Source: Candidatus Anstonellaceae archaeon (GTDB lineage Archaea; Micrarchaeota; Micrarchaeia; Anstonellales; Anstonellaceae). Taken from it: a stretch of 64,000 nt of DNA. Made by a program: the position numbers and the translations under genes. Location: positions 19,330 to 83,329 of the forward strand of contig JAWAEU010000005.1 in the NCBI GenBank assembly GCA_038891055.1. Direction: 5' to 3'. A model generated the notes under the pieces. The model searched no databases and was not told where the DNA came from. It saw only the letters and a program-made list of their open reading frames with translations. Shown here one piece after another: positions 60,186 through 64,000 of this stretch (within the stretch, counting starts at the first letter, position 1; the number at the start of each line of letters is the position of its first letter).

Positions 60186-61226
60186 CTAAAATCTCAAAAA
60201 AGCAATCAGTCCACCGAATGCCTTTAGTTCCTCCCCAGCTTCTGAATGTGAAGAAAAAATATAGACTGGTTTGTTTCTTTTTTCTGTTTCTATTACAAGT
60301 TGTTTTATTTGTTCCTTTGTACTCAGCAGGCTATCTAAAACAACTATCTTTTCTATAGCTTCATTTTCTAAGGCTTTTTTTATATTATCATATCCATAAG
60401 TTATTTTATTTGAACCTTTCGCAAGAAGAGTTTTAAATTCCTCCATCATTTTAAGCTCAACTGCTATTTGTTGTTCTTGGATAACTTTGTTTACAACACC
60501 TTTTTTTAGTAATTCTATCACCCCACTTTTTTCAGCATAAGAGCAATGTTCTAATATTATTTTGGAAACTATCTTGTTCTTTTTTTGTTTTAAATATTCA
60601 AAAAAATTTTTTGCCTCAAATCCAGGTCCTGCAAGAAGTAATGTAAAATTTTGTTCTCCAAGTTGTTCTATTTTCTTCTCTATTTCTTCGTAGTTCTGTT
60701 TTTTTTCTTTTTCAAAATTTTTTTGTTCCAATTTTTTAGTGGTTTTAAATTCCATCTCCCAGCTATATTCTATTCCAAATCCTAAAATCTTTGCAAATAA
60801 AGCTTTTTTTTCATCCATCAACAAGATATAAAGTTTAGGCTTTTTAGTATCTTCAATTGCTTTTTTAATTCTCTCCAAATGATAATTTTGCCACTCTTTT
60901 ATTATTTTTACACTATATCCTGGTTGTAGATCTATTGTATGATAAGAACCTAATTGTAAGTACTCTAATGGTTTTCCTCCAACTATTTTTCCACTCACTC
61001 TAAGATGATTTGTAAATTTTGAAAACTCTGTCTTTTCCACCTCCACTATCACTACAACTTTTTTCTTTTCTTTTTCTGTTTGTTCATTTGCCTGATAAGT
61101 TCTAAAACTGACAGCCTCTATTTTATCCCCAACTTCAATTATATTACTAAGGTGCCATAGATCTTCAGTATTTTGTGGCAGAAGCTCTATTAAGTTTTCT
61201 GCTTTGTTTTGTTTTAGAATTTGCAT
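60186..61226 (-). CDS. pelA: mRNA surveillance protein pelota
   Basis: EDLWHL..II..GD, LRVSG.I, GSYHT, AGPGF, GGLIAFLRF. Confidence 0.95.
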   Translation of the reverse strand: MQILKQNKAENLIELLPQNTEDLWHLSNIIEVGDKIEAVSFRTYQANEQTEKEKKKVVVIVEVEKTEFSKFTNHLRVSGKIVGGKPLEYLQLGSYHTIDLQPGYSVKIIKEWQNYHLERIKKAIEDTKKPKLYILLMDEKKALFAKILGFGIEYSWEMEFKTTKKLEQKNFEKEKKQNYEEIEKKIEQLGEQNFTLLLAGPGFEAKNFFEYLKQKKNKIVSKIILEHCSYAEKSGVIELLKKGVVNKVIQEQQIAVELKMMEEFKTLLAKGSNKITYGYDNIKKALENEAIEKIVVLDSLLSTKEQIKQLVIETEKRNKPVYIFSSHSEAGEELKAFGGLIAFLRF

Positions 61227-61256
61227 AAAATAGTTTTTACTTTTAGGCTTATAAAT

Positions 61257-62354
61257 TTATAATTTCTCTCCAGTTATAAATTTTTCAACCATTTCTTTAG
61301 CAACAGAATCTGGATATTGTCTTGGAGGATGCTTCATAAAATAGGCACTTGGGCCCTCCAAAACCCCTCCTATATTTCTATCTAATGCAATCTGTGCACA
61401 TCTAATAGCATCTACACTTATACCTGCAGAGTTTGCTTTATCATCTACTTCTAAACGAAGTTCAATATTAAATGGAATGTTTGCCCACATTCGCCCTTCT
61501 ATTCGAATAAAACCTAATTTTGTATTTGATAAAAATGGAATAAAGTCAGACGGACCAATATAAATTTTGTCCTCAGGCAATCTTTTTTTCAGTTGACTTT
61601 GGACGGCTTCAGTTTTTGAGATTTTTTTACTTTTAAGTCTTTGTTGTTCTTTCATATTCAAAAAGTCTGTATTTCCTCCAACATTTATTTGGTATGTTTT
61701 TTCTATTATAGCTCCCCTATCATCTACTAATTTTGCTAAAGTGCGATGTACTATAGTAGAGCCTATTTGAGCCTTTATATCATCGCCAATTATTGGAAGA
61801 TTTGCTTTTTTAAATTTCTCTTCCCACTTTGGGTCTGAGGCAATAAATTCAGGTATGGCATTAATAAAAGCGCAGTTTGTCTCTAAAGCCATCTTAGCCC
61901 AAAATCTAGAAGCTTTAGCAGAACCTACTGGCAAATACGATAAAATTATCTTTGCTCCACTACTTTCTATCTCTTCCTTTATTTCTTTTTCTAAAATTTC
62001 GAGTGGTTTATTTTTAATTGGCTGTACTCTCTCTAAAACATAAATACCAACTCCATCCAAAACAGGAGCTTCTTTTACCACTACTGTGCTTTTAGGCATT
62101 TTTGACTTTTCTATCCATTTCACTTCATTTGGTGGACTGTAAGTAGCATCTACTAAATTTTTATTTACTTTTTTAGAATCCACATCAAATGCCGCCACAA
62201 ATTCAATATCTTCTATTTTATATCCTCCTAAAATAGGATGCATCAGCCCAGCAGTTTCATCCACTCCATTTTCTTTGTAATATTGTAATCCTTGGTATAA
62301 TCCAGCAAAACAATTACCAACTCCTACTACTGCCACCTTTATCTTCTTTGTCAT
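61257..62354 (-). CDS. ino1: Myo-inositol-1-phosphate synthase
   Basis: GVGNC, YLPVGS, GDDIKAQIG, GGNTDFLNM, SKKISKT, YFMKHPP. Confidence 0.94.
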   Translation of the reverse strand: MTKKIKVAVVGVGNCFAGLYQGLQYYKENGVDETAGLMHPILGGYKIEDIEFVAAFDVDSKKVNKNLVDATYSPPNEVKWIEKSKMPKSTVVVKEAPVLDGVGIYVLERVQPIKNKPLEILEKEIKEEIESSGAKIILSYLPVGSAKASRFWAKMALETNCAFINAIPEFIASDPKWEEKFKKANLPIIGDDIKAQIGSTIVHRTLAKLVDDRGAIIEKTYQINVGGNTDFLNMKEQQRLKSKKISKTEAVQSQLKKRLPEDKIYIGPSDFIPFLSNTKLGFIRIEGRMWANIPFNIELRLEVDDKANSAGISVDAIRCAQIALDRNIGGVLEGPSAYFMKHPPRQYPDSVAKEMVEKFITGEKL

Positions 62355-62557
62355 TTACTCACCTTAATTTTTTATATACACAACTATTTATATGAGTATA
62401 TATTTATATAGGTATATAAATATTTATTGATTTCATTTTTCCCCTTATTTGTAAAACTTTTTTTAAAATTTTTTAAAATAAAAGCTTAAAATCTAACAAA
62501 AAAAAACAACTTAAAACCACCAAAACATTTTTATTTTTTTTTCTTATAAATAATATT

Positions 62558-63313
62558 ATGAAACTCAAAAATTTAAAAGTTAATATAGTTGAAAAATATA
62601 ATAAAAATAGAATAAAGTTTAAACAATTTTTTAGAAGAAGTATCTTAGTTACGACTTTCCTTTCCTCTTCAGTTGCTGGATTTGCTGAAAAGTATGTAAT
62701 GTCAGATACTCTATATATCAAATACCCCTCTGATAATAATTACACGTTAGATTTTCCAGATTATGCAGTTTCTGCAAGAATCAGATTTCTCTTTTTACCA
62801 TCTATAAATATTTACCGTCCAACAGTAATACCTAAGGAAAATGCACCTTTTAGAGATAAAATTACTTTTTCTTCTGCCTCTATTTTTGAGGTGAACGGTC
62901 CAAATTCACTGAAGTGCGATACTACTATTTATGAGGGGTATGATACTATTAAAGTGACATTAATGTTTTCTTACATTGGAAGAGCAGAAAATGATACTTC
63001 TTTTGCAAAAGTAGTGGGTAATCTTGAGGTGGATCATAAAAAAGGACAGTCTCCAACAACTGTAAACGAAGAAAAAAATAATGAATCATTTAAAAATATT
63101 GCATTAAATGAGTTTACTTTATCCAAGTTTTTTGAGAAAGGTGGTAAGGCGCTCTATTTTTATAACATTAAAGGACAATTTCTAGCAAAAATAACCTCTT
63201 CAAACCAATCAGAAATTTCAAGTTTAGCTGATGGTTATTATTATGTAGTTTTTGAAGACAAAAATAGTAGAAAAGAACCCCAGCGTTTAGTTCTTCTAAG
63301 AACCAACAAATAA
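62558..63313 (+). CDS. Secreted protein with T9SS-type C-terminal sorting-domain-like tail
   Basis: Long basic n-region plus hydrophobic core ending AGFA; tail TTVNE...FYNIKGQ...ISSLADGYYYV...RLVL. Confidence 0.72.
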   Translation: MKLKNLKVNIVEKYNKNRIKFKQFFRRSILVTTFLSSSVAGFAEKYVMSDTLYIKYPSDNNYTLDFPDYAVSARIRFLFLPSINIYRPTVIPKENAPFRDKITFSSASIFEVNGPNSLKCDTTIYEGYDTIKVTLMFSYIGRAENDTSFAKVVGNLEVDHKKGQSPTTVNEEKNNESFKNIALNEFTLSKFFEKGGKALYFYNIKGQFLAKITSSNQSEISSLADGYYYVVFEDKNSRKEPQRLVLLRTNK

Positions 63314-63426
63314 TCTAAAATTTTTTATTTTTCTTCTTTTATTTTTTAAAGCATTTAAATTAACTGCGAAGTTTTTAAGAGGAGCTTTAAGTAATTATTT
63401 TATAAAAAATCAGTCAAAGATTTTCT

Positions 63427-63741
63427 ATGAGAAAAATAAATATTAAGAAAATTTTTTCTTTTTGCAAAAAAATACCAAAAGGAAAAGTTTCAACTTACAA
63501 ATATCTTGCAGCTGCCGCAGGATATAAAAAAGCTTATAGGGCAGTTGCTAATTTGTTAAAAAAATCTCCTGCAATGCCATCTGTTCCTTGTCATAGAGTA
63601 GTGCAATCAAGTGGCTGTGTGGGCGGATATAAATTTGGCCAAAAGTTAAAAATAAAACTCCTCAAACAAGAAGGTCTAAAAATAAAAAATAAAAAAATTC
63701 TAAATTTTTCTACAGTACTCTATAATTTTAAATCTAGATAG
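63427..63741 (+). CDS. MGMT-family O6-methylguanine-DNA methyltransferase (C-terminal domain only)
   Basis: IPKGKVSTY, RAVA, PCHRVV, GGY. Confidence 0.9.
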   Translation: MRKINIKKIFSFCKKIPKGKVSTYKYLAAAAGYKKAYRAVANLLKKSPAMPSVPCHRVVQSSGCVGGYKFGQKLKIKLLKQEGLKIKNKKILNFSTVLYNFKSR

Positions 63742-63809
63742 ATTATTCTATTTTTTATATTCAAATGCAATAGATGTTTTATTTTTTCAATCGCTCTAGT
63801 TGCCTCTTT

Positions 63810-64000
63810 TCAATAGCCTAATTTTTTTTTTCTTTTAGAGCTTTTAGTAGATGTTTTTAGTGCTGGGGTTTCTTTTAATTTTCTTAGTGTCCAAATTTCC
63901 TCAAGTCTAACTATTTCTTTTTTATCTTCTAGTGCTGCTTTTAAATAATCAAACAAACTTCTACTCTTAGTTGTGCAATTAAAAAAACAGCATCTTTTTA
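63810..64000 (-). pseudogene. Possible decayed HEAT/PBS-lyase repeat fragment at window edge
   Basis: HEAT-like pieces in different frames: KDAVFLIAQL / LFDYLKAALEDKKEIVRLEEIWTLRKL / HLLKALK. Confidence 0.3.

Noticed and set aside
1513..62721. Many short antisense or out-of-frame ORFs in the track (e.g. 9566-10048, 35090-35545, 43469-43708, 48685-48924)
   Set aside because: They shadow well-supported genes and have the F/L/S/I-rich composition expected from reversed A-rich coding DNA
1..64000. CRISPR array, cas genes, transposases, integrases, rRNA
   Set aside because: No regularly spaced repeats or matching motifs seen by eye; GC-rich patches are explained by tRNAs and the short elements listed

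Overview
This is an AT-rich, gene-dense archaeal chromosome segment. The archaeal assignment rests on EF-1alpha, S3Ae, L40e, P0/P1, Alba, Topo VI, pelota, NAC, a class I CCA enzyme and a BHB-intron tRNA. A DPANN (Micrarchaeota-like) origin is my inference from gene content and compactness, not a tested result. Most of the window is housekeeping: translation, tRNA maturation, a PurP pair and DNA repair, plus seven tRNAs, none with an encoded CCA. Accessory parts are a four-gene copper/heavy-metal operon, a Type III restriction-modification pair, Cys-rich surface proteins and several orphans. I saw no CRISPR array, rRNA, transposase or integrase. The most notable observations are: (1) two secreted orphans ending in Bacteroidota T9SS-like sorting tails, one packed with D-S/T O-glycosylation-type motifs and lacking N-glycosylation sequons; (2) a circularly permuted L1-binding motif forming an apparent two-state switch over the rpl1 Shine-Dalgarno; (3) a membrane-anchored, Cys/His-loop wHTH regulator with a perfect 16-bp palindrome ahead of the copA operon; (4) two candidate unannotated ncRNAs. 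All family calls come from recognising motifs by eye; no searches were run.
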